Shown here piece after piece: positions 1 through 9,537 of a DNA stretch of 64,000 nucleotides. The notes beneath the pieces are model-generated. The model was not told the DNA's origin. It saw only the letters and a program-made list of their open reading frames with translations, and ran no database searches. The stretch spans positions 11,900 to 75,899 of the forward strand of contig JAJYUJ010000008.1 of NCBI GenBank assembly GCA_021792615.1, given 5' to 3'. This stretch comes from a bacterium. Its GTDB lineage: Bacteria; JAMCPX01. The translations under genes and the position numbers were made by a program. Positions within the stretch are counted from its first letter, which is position 1, and every line of letters begins with the position of its first letter.

Positions 1-479
1 CCTATCTTTAATCTCCTCGAACCGTATTTTGGTACGGTATCGGTTGTCATGATTGCCCGTACGGCATCCATGAACCCCTGTCTTGAAAGATCGTTTTTCA
101 GGGCAGCTATCTGTGCTACGATTTTGGCTACCGGCAATCGTCTTCCTATGACACCGGTCGATGCGACGAGGACCTCGTCGGATTTCACGCTAAAGCCTTT
201 GGTGTATGCGTTTATGATCTCGTTAACATCCTTGATTCCGTCCTTGCCCGTAGCTGCGTTTGCTATACCGCTGTTTGCAAGTATAAGCCGCTTTTCTCCC
301 TTTTTGAGCTGGTTCATGGAAACAACGACCGGCGCAGCCTTAATTGCATTCGTCGTGAACATGCCTGCGGCCCTGGCAGGGACTTCCGAATAAATTATCG
401 CAAGGTCCTTCTTCCCGTCGGTCTTAATCCCGCTTACCGCGCCTGCATATAAAAAGCCTTTTGGTAGTGATAGTGCCAT
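1..479 (-). CDS. argJ: Bifunctional ornithine acetyltransferase/N-acetylglutamate synthase, 5' part (runs off the window)
   Basis: Manual minus-strand translation from ATG 479: MALSLPKGFLYAGAVSGIK..KDLAII..AGMFTTNAIKAAPV..ANSGIANAATG..VLVASTGVIG..AIMTTDT, which are ArgJ motifs. Confidence 0.93.
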   Translation of the reverse strand, partial: MALSLPKGFLYAGAVSGIKTDGKKDLAIIYSEVPARAAGMFTTNAIKAAPVVVSMNQLKKGEKRLILANSGIANAATGKDGIKDVNEIINAYTKGFSVKSDEVLVASTGVIGRRLPVAKIVAQIAALKNDLSRQGFMDAVRAIMTTDTVPKYGSRRLKI

Positions 480-481
480 AG

Positions 482-940
482 TTAACCTTCCTTAAAAACT
501 ATACATGTATTTTTTAAATAAGGCATAACGTTTGCTATTCGCTCTTCCTCGCTCTGTTCCTGCTTCTTATCTACCCTTCCGTATCCTGCCCTTACACCTA
601 TTAGCATGGATGACGAAAATCTCATAGCGTTTTGTAGGATCTCGACAATATGCGTGCAGCCGGTTGCATGACCGAGTGTATCTGCAATTTTTTTATTTAT
701 ACCCCTTTCTACCTTAAAACCTATTATTTTACGTACATGTACAAGTGCATTGGGGCATCCGGAATAGGGGACCCGTACCATTTTTGCATCCGCATCAACG
801 ATCTCCCGTGTTGTAAGATCTATCTTTATCTCGGTGCTTATGCTGTGATGCAAATCAAGTAATGATGCGGCAACAACCACGGTATTTTTATCAACCGGAT
901 GTAATCGTATGTTGATATTCCTTTCGTAAACGTCATTCAT
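482..940 (-). CDS. DUF2889-family protein
   Basis: D-LHH...PYSGC...GCTHIVEIL...LKNTC pattern typical of DUF2889; likely start MNDVYER at 940, next to the upstream stop. Confidence 0.7.
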   Translation of the reverse strand: MNDVYERNINIRLHPVDKNTVVVAASLLDLHHSISTEIKIDLTTREIVDADAKMVRVPYSGCPNALVHVRKIIGFKVERGINKKIADTLGHATGCTHIVEILQNAMRFSSSMLIGVRAGYGRVDKKQEQSEEERIANVMPYLKNTCIVFKEG

Positions 941-941
941 T

Positions 942-1493
942 CTAAAGTTCCTCCTGTGCCGGAACAAACCAGAAATCTCCCATATCGCCATTCCTGTGTT
1001 CTTTAAATTGGATCGTGAGTTTCATACCGACCCTTGCTTTTTTTACGTCTTCCATAAATACGTTCTGCATGATCAGGGTATCGGCTCCCGCAACCTTGAC
1101 AAACGCACAAACATACGGGGTCTTTCCGAAAAAAACGGATGTTCCATAATAAACGATCGTATAGGTCGCGATCTCTGCGGTACCGCCCAGCTTCACCCAT
1201 TGGGTCGGCGTATAGCATTCGTTGCAGTTAATCCTCGGCGGCAGCCACACCTTTCCGCACTGCGTACATTTCGTCCCGTAAAGCTGCTTATTGTCCCGGA
1301 TCTCCCTGAAAAACCTGGAGATACCTCCATAGGTGTATTTGTACGTGATATCCATGATGTCCGGAATCTCGAGAGGTGCATCCAGAGAAGGATTGCCGTC
1401 AAGTTCATCCTTAAAGGCTTTTTCAATAAGTTCTTTGGGGACTTTAATCTTTTTTGATGCCTCTTCAAGCCACTGCGCTTTGTCCTGTATCAT
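942..1493 (-). CDS. DUF35 Zn-ribbon/OB-fold protein (thiolase partner, ChsH2/BbsA-like)
   Basis: GTKCTQCGKVWLPPRINCNEC Zn ribbon followed by an OB fold; directly downstream of a thiolase gene. Confidence 0.9.
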   Translation of the reverse strand: MIQDKAQWLEEASKKIKVPKELIEKAFKDELDGNPSLDAPLEIPDIMDITYKYTYGGISRFFREIRDNKQLYGTKCTQCGKVWLPPRINCNECYTPTQWVKLGGTAEIATYTIVYYGTSVFFGKTPYVCAFVKVAGADTLIMQNVFMEDVKKARVGMKLTIQFKEHRNGDMGDFWFVPAQEEL

Positions 1494-1503
1494 AGGTCCT
1501 CCT

Positions 1504-2769
1504 TTATCTCTTTCTCCTTGCTGACTTCACCTTCGCCTTCACCCTCGCCCCCTTGACCCCTTTCCCCTTTATCTTATCCTGCCTTTCCACGATCATTGCC
1601 GCTGTCCATGCTGTTGCAGGACCTCCGATGCTCTGGACAAGACCGACCCGGGCATTTTTAACCTGTCTTTTCTCCGCCCTGCCCTGGACCTGCAGTGCCG
1701 CCTCCCCTGTCTGCATAACACCTGTTGCACCGACCGCGTGTCCGCAGCCTATCAGCCCGCCGCTCGGGCTTACCGGAAGATCCCCGGTCATCTCAACGAC
1801 GCCGTCCTCTATCAATTTTCCCCCGTCCCCGGGCTTACAAAAGTTGAATGCTTCATACGAAAGAATCTCGGCGCCGGTAAACGCATCGTGCAGTTCGGCA
1901 AAATCCAGTTCTTTTCGCGGGTTCTTTATGCCCGACATTTTATAGGCATCTCTGCCGGCGTAAAGACTCGAGGTAAAAATAGTAATGTCGTCCCGTTCTC
2001 CGGCGAATGCCTTATCCAGCGAAAGGCCGACGCCTGTTATCCATGCGGGATTGTCCGAAAGGGCTTTTGCCACCTTTTCCGATGCGAGGATGATGGCAGA
2101 CGCGCCCTCTGAATAAAGACAGTTGTCATAAAATTTAAACGGATAGGTGATCATCTTCGAATTGAGAACGTCGTCTACCGTCAGCAGCTTCGGGCTCTGG
2201 GCAATCGGGTTATTCATGGCGTTTTTATGGTTTTTTACGGAGACCATTGCCATCTGTTTTTCTGTCGGAGTACCGTACTTGTTTATGTGCGCAATCAACG
2301 GCAGTGCGTACGATGCAGCGGCAGTAAGCCCCATGGGATTTTCGAAGGTCATGTCGCCGGAAAACAGTATGGCCTTCAGTGTCTCCGGTGTTGAATGTCC
2401 GACGGTATAATTGTAATTGTCCGTTGCTTTCTCGACCCCGAGTACCATGACGATATCGTAAAGACCCGAGGCAATCCACGTCCACCCGACAAATACCGCC
2501 GCGCCGCCGGTTGCACCGCCCGTTGCAACCCTTACGGAAGGTTTCAGCCCCATGCCGATATAATTATGAATATACACGTCCGGCATGAACTGCCGTTCAA
2601 AGAACTCATTATAAATGCCGTAGACGACACCACCGACCTCTTTCTTATCAATGCCTGCGTCTTCAAGCGCGAGTTTGGCCGCATCGTATGCAAGTTCATA
2701 ATATGTTTTTTCCAGCCAGCGAGCCTTGAATGACGTGGTTCCTACTCCAACAATGCCGACCTTATTCAT
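1504..2769 (-). CDS. SCP2-type thiolase-domain protein
   Basis: VGIVGVG, GVEK, KNHKNAMNNP, ELHDAF, SGGLIGCGHAVGATG motifs; start MNKVG at 2769 with GGAG RBS. Confidence 0.9.
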   Translation of the reverse strand: MNKVGIVGVGTTSFKARWLEKTYYELAYDAAKLALEDAGIDKKEVGGVVYGIYNEFFERQFMPDVYIHNYIGMGLKPSVRVATGGATGGAAVFVGWTWIASGLYDIVMVLGVEKATDNYNYTVGHSTPETLKAILFSGDMTFENPMGLTAAASYALPLIAHINKYGTPTEKQMAMVSVKNHKNAMNNPIAQSPKLLTVDDVLNSKMITYPFKFYDNCLYSEGASAIILASEKVAKALSDNPAWITGVGLSLDKAFAGERDDITIFTSSLYAGRDAYKMSGIKNPRKELDFAELHDAFTGAEILSYEAFNFCKPGDGGKLIEDGVVEMTGDLPVSPSGGLIGCGHAVGATGVMQTGEAALQVQGRAEKRQVKNARVGLVQSIGGPATAWTAAMIVERQDKIKGKGVKGARVKAKVKSARRKR

Positions 2770-3011
2770 AATAACTCCTTTACAGGGCATCTTTCTTATC
2801 ATATTTATTCTGTTTTATCCAGTTTTATTTTTTTATTTTTCGGACATTGGTTATCGACGGCAGGCTTGATTTCCACGGTTCTTTTATGGTTGTTGATTGC
2901 AATTTCCCCCCTGTGTGTTAGGGTTTCGGGAATATGCTGGATAGGGATAAAGAAAAACAAGCCGGTTATCCTGATTTTGCAATCTTTAAAATATAAGGAA
3001 GGGGATGGGAT

Positions 3012-4466
3012 ATGAAGAAACTTTTGACTCTGTCGGGAACACAGCTTGCGCAGATGATACGCACGAAAGAGGTTTCATCGCTTGAAATTGTAAACCTCCA
3101 TATCGAGCACATCCGGAAGGTAAATCCTTCCATCAATGCAGTTGTGCGTGACCGTTTTGATGCTGCAAGAGTGGAGGCGAAGGATGCCGACAAGCGCGTA
3201 GGGAATTCGGCGCCGGAGTCGCTCCCTCCTTTCCTCGGTGTTCCGTGCACCATAAAGGAGAGCTTCATGCTCACCGGTATGCCGAACACGTCGGGGCTTG
3301 TCGCACGGAAAAATGTTATTGCGGACCATGATGCAACCGCTGTTGAAAGATTGAAAAAATCAGGCGCAATACCTCTCGGTGTAACCAATGTCCCCGAGCT
3401 TTGCATGTGGATGGAAACGGACAACAGACTGTACGGCAGAACCAACAACCCCTATGACCGGGAACATATCGTCGGCGGCAGTTCAGGGGGAGAAGGGGCG
3501 ATCGTCGGGTCCGGAGGCTCGCCGTTCGGGCTCGGTGCCGACATAGGAGGCTCCATACGTATGCCTGCTTTTTTTAACGGCGTCTTTGGCCACAAAGCGA
3601 CAGGCGGGCTTGTACCGAATACCGGGCAGTACCCCATCGCAAGAAACAAGGCCCTCACGTATCTTACGACTGGTCCGATCGTACGCAGGGCTGAAGACCT
3701 GATGCCGCTCCTCAGGCTTATGGCCGGGCCCGACAACATAGACAAAGGGTGCACGGTTATGAAGATCGGTGCTCTGTCCGACGTTACGCTCAAAGGGTTA
3801 ACCGTAATCGATGTCGAAGATAACGGGAAAACGCGGGTCAGCAGTGACCTGAAGAAAGCACAGCGAAAAGCTGCGGACTTCCTCGGAAGCAGGGGTGCGA
3901 TCGTAAAAAGAACGAGGATTGCCGGTTTGAAAAAGTCTTTTGATATATGGGCATCCATGCTCTCGGCATCGGACCAGGAATCCTTCAGTGCAAGCCTTGG
4001 CAACGGGACTGCCATACATCCGCTGTTCGAGATGATAAAGTGGTCCATGCGCATCTCGGAACACACGCTCCCTTCGATTGTCCTCGCTATGACCGAACAA
4101 CTGTTCAAGTATATGCCAGCCCGCACAAAGAGGCTGGTGGAAGCAGGCGTAAGCCTGCGCGCGGAACTGGTGAATCTGATAGGTCAAAACGGCATTATGC
4201 TGTATCCGTCTTACTCCCGGCCTGCGCCGGAGCACAGAAAGCCGCTGCTAACACCGTTCGATTTTGCTTACACAGCGATACTCAACATGATGGAAATCCC
4301 GGTCACCCAGGTACCCCTCGGCCTCAATGAAGAAGGCCTGCCTCTCGGGGTGCAGGTCGCGTCAGTCCACGGCAACGATCATGTTACCATCGCCGTTGCG
4401 CTCGAGCTTGAAAAGGCTTTTGGAGGCTGGGTCCCTCCGGACATCGGCCTTTTGAAAAATGCATAA
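3012..4466 (+). CDS. Amidase signature family enzyme (FAAH2-like)
   Basis: GVPCTIKE, GGSSGGEGA, GADIGGSIRMPA amidase signature. Confidence 0.93.
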   Translation: MKKLLTLSGTQLAQMIRTKEVSSLEIVNLHIEHIRKVNPSINAVVRDRFDAARVEAKDADKRVGNSAPESLPPFLGVPCTIKESFMLTGMPNTSGLVARKNVIADHDATAVERLKKSGAIPLGVTNVPELCMWMETDNRLYGRTNNPYDREHIVGGSSGGEGAIVGSGGSPFGLGADIGGSIRMPAFFNGVFGHKATGGLVPNTGQYPIARNKALTYLTTGPIVRRAEDLMPLLRLMAGPDNIDKGCTVMKIGALSDVTLKGLTVIDVEDNGKTRVSSDLKKAQRKAADFLGSRGAIVKRTRIAGLKKSFDIWASMLSASDQESFSASLGNGTAIHPLFEMIKWSMRISEHTLPSIVLAMTEQLFKYMPARTKRLVEAGVSLRAELVNLIGQNGIMLYPSYSRPAPEHRKPLLTPFDFAYTAILNMMEIPVTQVPLGLNEEGLPLGVQVASVHGNDHVTIAVALELEKAFGGWVPPDIGLLKNA

Positions 4467-4500
4467 ACGAACGATTCAACATCCCACGTACATTTTTTGG

Positions 4501-4559
4501 TCAACCCGAAAAAGACGATTAAAAAATAAGGAAACTCCCTTAGTGCATTTTTGGGTTAT
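4501..4559. mobile_element. Mini (internally deleted) copy of the CCCGAAAAATGC-ended element
   Basis: TCAACCCGAAAAAGACG..AAAAATAAGGAAA..GCATTTTTGGGTTAT matches both ends of the 227-bp copies. Confidence 0.65.
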
Positions 4560-4661
4560 CCTGATTTCTTAACAATACGACATCGGTTCGTTCTTGTGCC
4601 TTCTCTGGATTTCTTGATCCATAGCGTTCTGCGTGGTATCCTTGGTTAAGGAGGTGTAGCG

Positions 4662-6179
4662 ATGGTTAAATTTTTAAGCATTGCTTTATCGATCCTGTCT
4701 TTGATAGTAGTTGTCCAGGGGTGTTCTGAAAACAAGTCATCGCCGCAGAGCGGTAACCCCTATCTTTCAAACAGTGCATGGCCTATTATTCACCACTCCA
4801 GTTCGCAGACCGCAAGCTCACCGTTCGCAGGTCCCGGAAGCCAGGCAGGCAGACCGCCCCGTGCTGATTTCATAACCTCCACGGTCCAGGGGACCGGTCC
4901 TGTTGTTTTTGACTCAAAAGGCAATGTACTTTTTGAGAAGGTCGCGATTTTGAACCAGGTACATATCTTCAGCAAGCTGGATCCGGTTACGCTGAATACT
5001 ATTACATCCTATACCGTCAATGTTTCAGCCTCGGATCCCTTGAACGGACTGTATTCTTTTGTTGATTACCATGACTGCTGGTGGAACGCGTACAATCAAA
5101 CCTTCTTAAGGTTGTGCTTTAACGGGAATTCCATAGTCCCGGATATGTCGATTAATCTTGCGGCGCTTTATCCCACGCAGATTACATCTCAGGATTCCAT
5201 CGTCAGTATGAATCCGCTGTATGCAAGCCCTGGTATGATGGACATAGCCTTTGTTACCGAAGGCCTTCAACCCGTACATCAGGGCGGGTATTTTACACAG
5301 ACCATTACCGGTGCGAAGGTCGGGGTAATGCGTATCAACAGCGACCGCAGTATAAGCCTCTTTATGCAGGATTTCCCCAATGAGGACATAACCAATAGCT
5401 TTGCCGTTTCTCCGGATGGCGGTATCTATGTCATAACGGACAAACATGCAGTAAAGCTCATGCTTCAGCAAACGTGCTCGTGCGGTGCGGATGCATTGAA
5501 GATAGTTTGGGAAGTACCCTATGAGACGGGCTTGCCCATCCAGCAGATAGCCTGTCCCAATGCTACCCCGGATTGGGAGTGCAGAATTAATGTTATGTTG
5601 AATGGCGGCAGATTGAGTCCGGATGGCTCCGGCACAACGCCGACCCTCATGGATCACGGCAAGTACATGGTATTTGCTGATGGAGAACTTCCTCTGAAGC
5701 TGGTCGCCTTACGAACTACGGATGGCAGCGCTCTTCCCATCGATAAGCCTGTTCCGTTTACCGAAACAACGGCACAGACAGAAAATATCTGCGCGTCTTT
5801 CGGCAATACGTTTGTCATAGAGAACAACTACAGCCCCGGGGTTGCCGCCTATGAAATCACGGGTCAACCCGGCCAGGAAACGGTCAGACAGCTTTGGGTC
5901 AATTACTCTGTCTTTGCTCCGAATGCTGTCCCTCTTATTGCGGGCGGCACGGACACGGTTTATGTGTACGAGATGCAGGGACCGAGTTTCTACCCGCTTA
6001 CGACAACAACGCAGCAATGGTTTGTAACGGCACTCGATCTCGGAACAGGTGCCGTTGTATGGAGAAAACCCATTGGCAGCAATATTCCGTATAACAGCAT
6101 TTACGCGCCGCTTTCCCTCGATAACAAGCAACAAATTTATATAGGTCTTTTCGGCGGCTTGCTGAGGATCCGTCAGTAG
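4662..6179 (+). CDS. Hypothetical lipoprotein, probable beta-propeller
   Basis: GGAGG RBS; lipobox VQGC; repeated W-terminated beta strands (ALDLGTGAVVWR). Confidence 0.7.
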   Translation: MVKFLSIALSILSLIVVVQGCSENKSSPQSGNPYLSNSAWPIIHHSSSQTASSPFAGPGSQAGRPPRADFITSTVQGTGPVVFDSKGNVLFEKVAILNQVHIFSKLDPVTLNTITSYTVNVSASDPLNGLYSFVDYHDCWWNAYNQTFLRLCFNGNSIVPDMSINLAALYPTQITSQDSIVSMNPLYASPGMMDIAFVTEGLQPVHQGGYFTQTITGAKVGVMRINSDRSISLFMQDFPNEDITNSFAVSPDGGIYVITDKHAVKLMLQQTCSCGADALKIVWEVPYETGLPIQQIACPNATPDWECRINVMLNGGRLSPDGSGTTPTLMDHGKYMVFADGELPLKLVALRTTDGSALPIDKPVPFTETTAQTENICASFGNTFVIENNYSPGVAAYEITGQPGQETVRQLWVNYSVFAPNAVPLIAGGTDTVYVYEMQGPSFYPLTTTTQQWFVTALDLGTGAVVWRKPIGSNIPYNSIYAPLSLDNKQQIYIGLFGGLLRIRQ

Positions 6180-6262
6180 GCAAGTAATTTTGCATGTACC
6201 CGGGACAGTGAACCCGAAACATGAGATGAAAGAATTGTTTAAAAGGAAAACAGGGAGGAACG

Positions 6263-7045
6263 ATGGGTATAGTTGAATACAAGAAAAAAGCCGCGCTCGG
6301 TATTATTACCATGAACAGGCCGGATGCCATGAACGCCATCAACGCTGAACTCGGCAATGCTTTATTAAAGTCACTTATCGATGCGGAATACGATAAAGAG
6401 GTAAGGGCCATCATGCTTACCGGGACAGGAAGGGCATTCTCAAGCGGAGGGGATGTAAAAGCGATGCTCGCCAGTGCAGAGCCAAAGGGAAAGTTTTTCA
6501 AGGAGCTCACCGTTTATTTGAACGGGATCATCAACACCATACTCATGATGCGGAAACCGGTCATAGCAGGCATGAACGGTGCGGCTGCGGGTGCCGGGGT
6601 AAGCCTCGCACTCGCCTGCGATCTCGTCACTGCCGCCCGTTCTTCACGGTTCAACCTTGCATACACCAAAATAGGTCTTACGCCTGACGGCGGTGCAACG
6701 GCCATGCTCGCACACCATGTCGGGCCGAAAAGGGCCATGGAATACATCATGTTAAACCCCGACATCACCGCAGAGAAGGCATTGGAGATCGGACTGGTCA
6801 ACAGGGTTTTTGATGATGCCACCTTTATGGAGCAGACGATATCGTTTGCACAGGCTCTTGCCGGCGGGCCTACCGTTGCGTTCGCATATACGAAACGTAC
6901 CATGAACCACGCATACCCGGGGCCGCTGGAACGGATACTCGAACTCGAGCGGGAAGGCATAGCTGCCTGCGGATCCACGGAGGACTTCAAAGAGGCGAGC
7001 GCAGCCTTTGCAGAAAAGCGTACCCCGGTATTCAAGGGCAGTTAA
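6263..7045 (+). CDS. Enoyl-CoA hydratase/isomerase (PaaG-like)
   Basis: NRPDAMNA, AFSSGGD, AAGAG..LACD, GLTPDGG crotonase motifs. Confidence 0.92.
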   Translation: MGIVEYKKKAALGIITMNRPDAMNAINAELGNALLKSLIDAEYDKEVRAIMLTGTGRAFSSGGDVKAMLASAEPKGKFFKELTVYLNGIINTILMMRKPVIAGMNGAAAGAGVSLALACDLVTAARSSRFNLAYTKIGLTPDGGATAMLAHHVGPKRAMEYIMLNPDITAEKALEIGLVNRVFDDATFMEQTISFAQALAGGPTVAFAYTKRTMNHAYPGPLERILELEREGIAACGSTEDFKEASAAFAEKRTPVFKGS

Positions 7046-7268
7046 CCCGAAAAATGCGTTTGAAAAATAAGAAAGTTTAGGTGATGAGCGATAATCCCGC
7101 GTCAAATAAAGGTATTCTTCGAAAATCCGATGAGGAAACCATACCGGGTAATTGCATATAAACATACAGAGAACTTAAATCTCGTTTCTATAAAGAAACG
7201 TTTAGATATCAGGTGGATCGCGGGATTGAGCGAACAAGTAAACTTTCTTATTGCATTTTTCGGGTTAA
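7042..7268 (+). mobile_element. 227-bp MITE-like element, type I copy A
   Basis: TTAA-CCCGAAAAATGC...GCATTTTTCGGG-TTAA terminal inverted repeats; similar inverted copy at 41667-41893. Confidence 0.85.
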
Positions 7269-7331
7269 CCCGGTGTTCTCTGCAAGAAAGGAAGATATCC
7301 GCCTTTTATTCCGAATACTACCAGTCCGCTG

Positions 7332-7510
7332 TTGACAAGCTGTTGAAAATGCCCCTGCATGTCATTGCATTGCGAGGAGTCCCGCCGGAGGCGGGACGAC
7401 GAAGCAATCTGTAACTTATTGACATATAAAAACCGGAATTGCCCGACCCATCTTTGCCGTGTGCCCGCGTTTGCAATGACCGTAATTCGAGTTTTTCAAC
7501 AGCCTGTTGA
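7332..7510. mobile_element. Second MITE family (GCTGTTGAAAA ends) carrying a GTCATTGC-type palindromic repeat
   Basis: TTGACAAGCTGTTGAAAA ... TTTTCAACAGCCTGTTGA inverted ends; internal GTCATTGC...GACGAAGCAATCT...GCAATGAC and TCCCGCCGGAGGCGGGA. Confidence 0.65.
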
Positions 7511-7534
7511 TTCCTGACTATTCTGTGCTATACT
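7507..7534 (+). promoter_or_regulatory. Putative sigma70 promoter of mnmG
   Basis: TTGATT-N16-TATACT with extended -10 TG. Confidence 0.5.
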
Positions 7535-7562
7535 TGTTTTTTATAAGCTTGAGACCGTAAAA

Positions 7563-7578
7563 TGTTTCATGTGAAACA
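7563..7578. promoter_or_regulatory. parS: parS centromere site
   Basis: Palindrome TGTTTCATGTGAAACA, one mismatch from the parS consensus TGTTTCACGTGAAACA; near the origin. Confidence 0.85.
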
Positions 7579-7580
7579 CT

Positions 7581-9473
7581 ATGAAAACAATCAACTACGA
7601 TACTGTTTATGATATTATTGTTGTAGGCGCCGGGCATGCCGGCATAGAGGCTGCGCTTGCGGGCGCACGCATGGGGTGTAATGTTTTACTGCTGACCGGT
7701 AACCTGGACACCGTAGGCTATATGTCGTGTAACCCTGCCATAGGAGGTCTCGCCAAAGGACAGCTGGTCAAAGAGATCGATGCGCTCGGCGGGCAGATGG
7801 CAAAAACAACGGATTATGCAGGCATCCATTTCAGGCGTCTGAATACCAACAAAGGTCCTGCTGTCCGTGGCAACCGCGCACAGTGCGACAGGGTCATGTA
7901 CCGGACCTTTATGAAAAAGGTCATAGAACAACAGGATGGTATTGATCTGAAACAGGCGACGGTTACCGGCATCATTGCCCGGAATAAAACCGTTCAAGGG
8001 GTGGAAACATCCCTCGGACTTAACTTTTATGGTAAAACGGTAATTCTTACAACCGGCACGTTCCTCAACGGACTTATCCACATAGGTCTCACGCATTTCC
8101 CGGCAGGCAGGGCAGGGGAGCCGCCTTCGATAGGCTTATCCGACAGCCTGACAAGTCTTGGGTTTACCATAGGCAGGCTCAAAACAGGGACCACTCCCCG
8201 GCTTGACGCAAAAACCATCGATTTTTCCGTGCTGGAACCCCAGCACAGCGATATTCCTCCTATTCCCTTTTCTTTTTCCACAGAAAAGATCACAAACCCC
8301 CTTGTCGCATGCTACATGACGTACACGAATGAGCAGGCGCACAACTTTATCCTTTCCGGCCTTGACAGGTCTCCGCTCTATTCCGGGATCATCAAAGGGA
8401 CAGGTGCCCGGTATTGCCCGTCTATCGAAGATAAGGTAGTTAAATTCAAGGACAAACAGAGGCACCAGATATTTCTGGAGCCCGAGGGCTATCAGACAAA
8501 AGAGGTATACCCCAATGGACTTGCGACAAGCTTGCCCTACGATATACAATTAAAAATGCTCAGGGCAATAAAGGGACTCGAAAAGGTCGAAATCATGAGA
8601 CCCGGCTATGCCATAGAGTACGACTTTGTCGATCCGACCCAGCTCTACCCGACACTGGAAACAAAGCTTGTTCACGGCCTTTATCACGCAGGTCAGATAA
8701 ACGGTACTTCCGGGTATGAAGAGGCTGCTGCACAGGGGATCGTCGCAGGCATCAATGCGGCATTGCAGATTCAGCATAAAGAGCAGCTTATTATAACCCG
8801 GCAACAGGCCTACATCGGCGTGCTTATAGATGACCTTGTAACAAAAGGGACTCAGGAGCCGTACAGAATGTTTACATCAAGGGCCGAGCACAGACTTATT
8901 TTAAGAGAGGACAACGCCGATATGCGCCTCAGTGATATCGGCCGGTCAACAGGGCTCCTCGGTGAAAAGGACTATCGTCTTTTTGTTCAAAGGCGCGAGC
9001 AGTACAATGACATGCTGGGTAAACTCCAGTCCAAAAAGATAAAAGGTGAAACAGCCAAAAGTATTTTAATTCAAGCAGGTTACGCAGAGATCTCCGACAC
9101 AACGACCCCATATCAACTTCTTAAAAGGCCCAATATAACAATAAAACACCTGGAATCCATTGAACCATGGCTTTTACCTATAAACAGTGCTCTTAAAGAT
9201 GCCCTCGAGGTAGAAGTAAAATATGACGGCTATATCAAAAGGGAACTGGAGTTTATAAGCAGGCTTTCAAAGCTTGAGCATACCCGAATACCGGCTTCAT
9301 TCACCTTCAGCGGCATCCCGGGTTTATCTACGGAAATAAAAGAAAAGCTCAACAAGTTCAAACCAATTACCCTTGGGCAGGCATCGCGGATATCGGGTAT
9401 TACACCTGCGGCAATAGCAATACTCGATGTGTATATAAAAAGATTCAGAACTCAGCGGCCTCCGGAAGAATAA
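7581..9473 (+). CDS. mnmG: tRNA uridine-5-carboxymethylaminomethyl modification enzyme MnmG/GidA
   Basis: [40 protein letters not shown]. Confidence 0.98.
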   Translation: MKTINYDTVYDIIVVGAGHAGIEAALAGARMGCNVLLLTGNLDTVGYMSCNPAIGGLAKGQLVKEIDALGGQMAKTTDYAGIHFRRLNTNKGPAVRGNRAQCDRVMYRTFMKKVIEQQDGIDLKQATVTGIIARNKTVQGVETSLGLNFYGKTVILTTGTFLNGLIHIGLTHFPAGRAGEPPSIGLSDSLTSLGFTIGRLKTGTTPRLDAKTIDFSVLEPQHSDIPPIPFSFSTEKITNPLVACYMTYTNEQAHNFILSGLDRSPLYSGIIKGTGARYCPSIEDKVVKFKDKQRHQIFLEPEGYQTKEVYPNGLATSLPYDIQLKMLRAIKGLEKVEIMRPGYAIEYDFVDPTQLYPTLETKLVHGLYHAGQINGTSGYEEAAAQGIVAGINAALQIQHKEQLIITRQQAYIGVLIDDLVTKGTQEPYRMFTSRAEHRLILREDNADMRLSDIGRSTGLLGEKDYRLFVQRREQYNDMLGKLQSKKIKGETAKSILIQAGYAEISDTTTPYQLLKRPNITIKHLESIEPWLLPINSALKDALEVEVKYDGYIKRELEFISRLSKLEHTRIPASFTFSGIPGLSTEIKEKLNKFKPITLGQASRISGITPAAIAILDVYIKRFRTQRPPEE

Positions 9474-9537
9474 CCCTTCACCTGACTCCTGCTCATACTA
9501 TAGACAAAATTTATTCTATGCTTATATACTATAGGAT

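Noticed and set aside
7042-7268. Canonical integron attC site
   Set aside because: Too long (227 bp), imperfect RYYYAAC/GTTRRRY cores, occurs in both orientations, and no intI is seen
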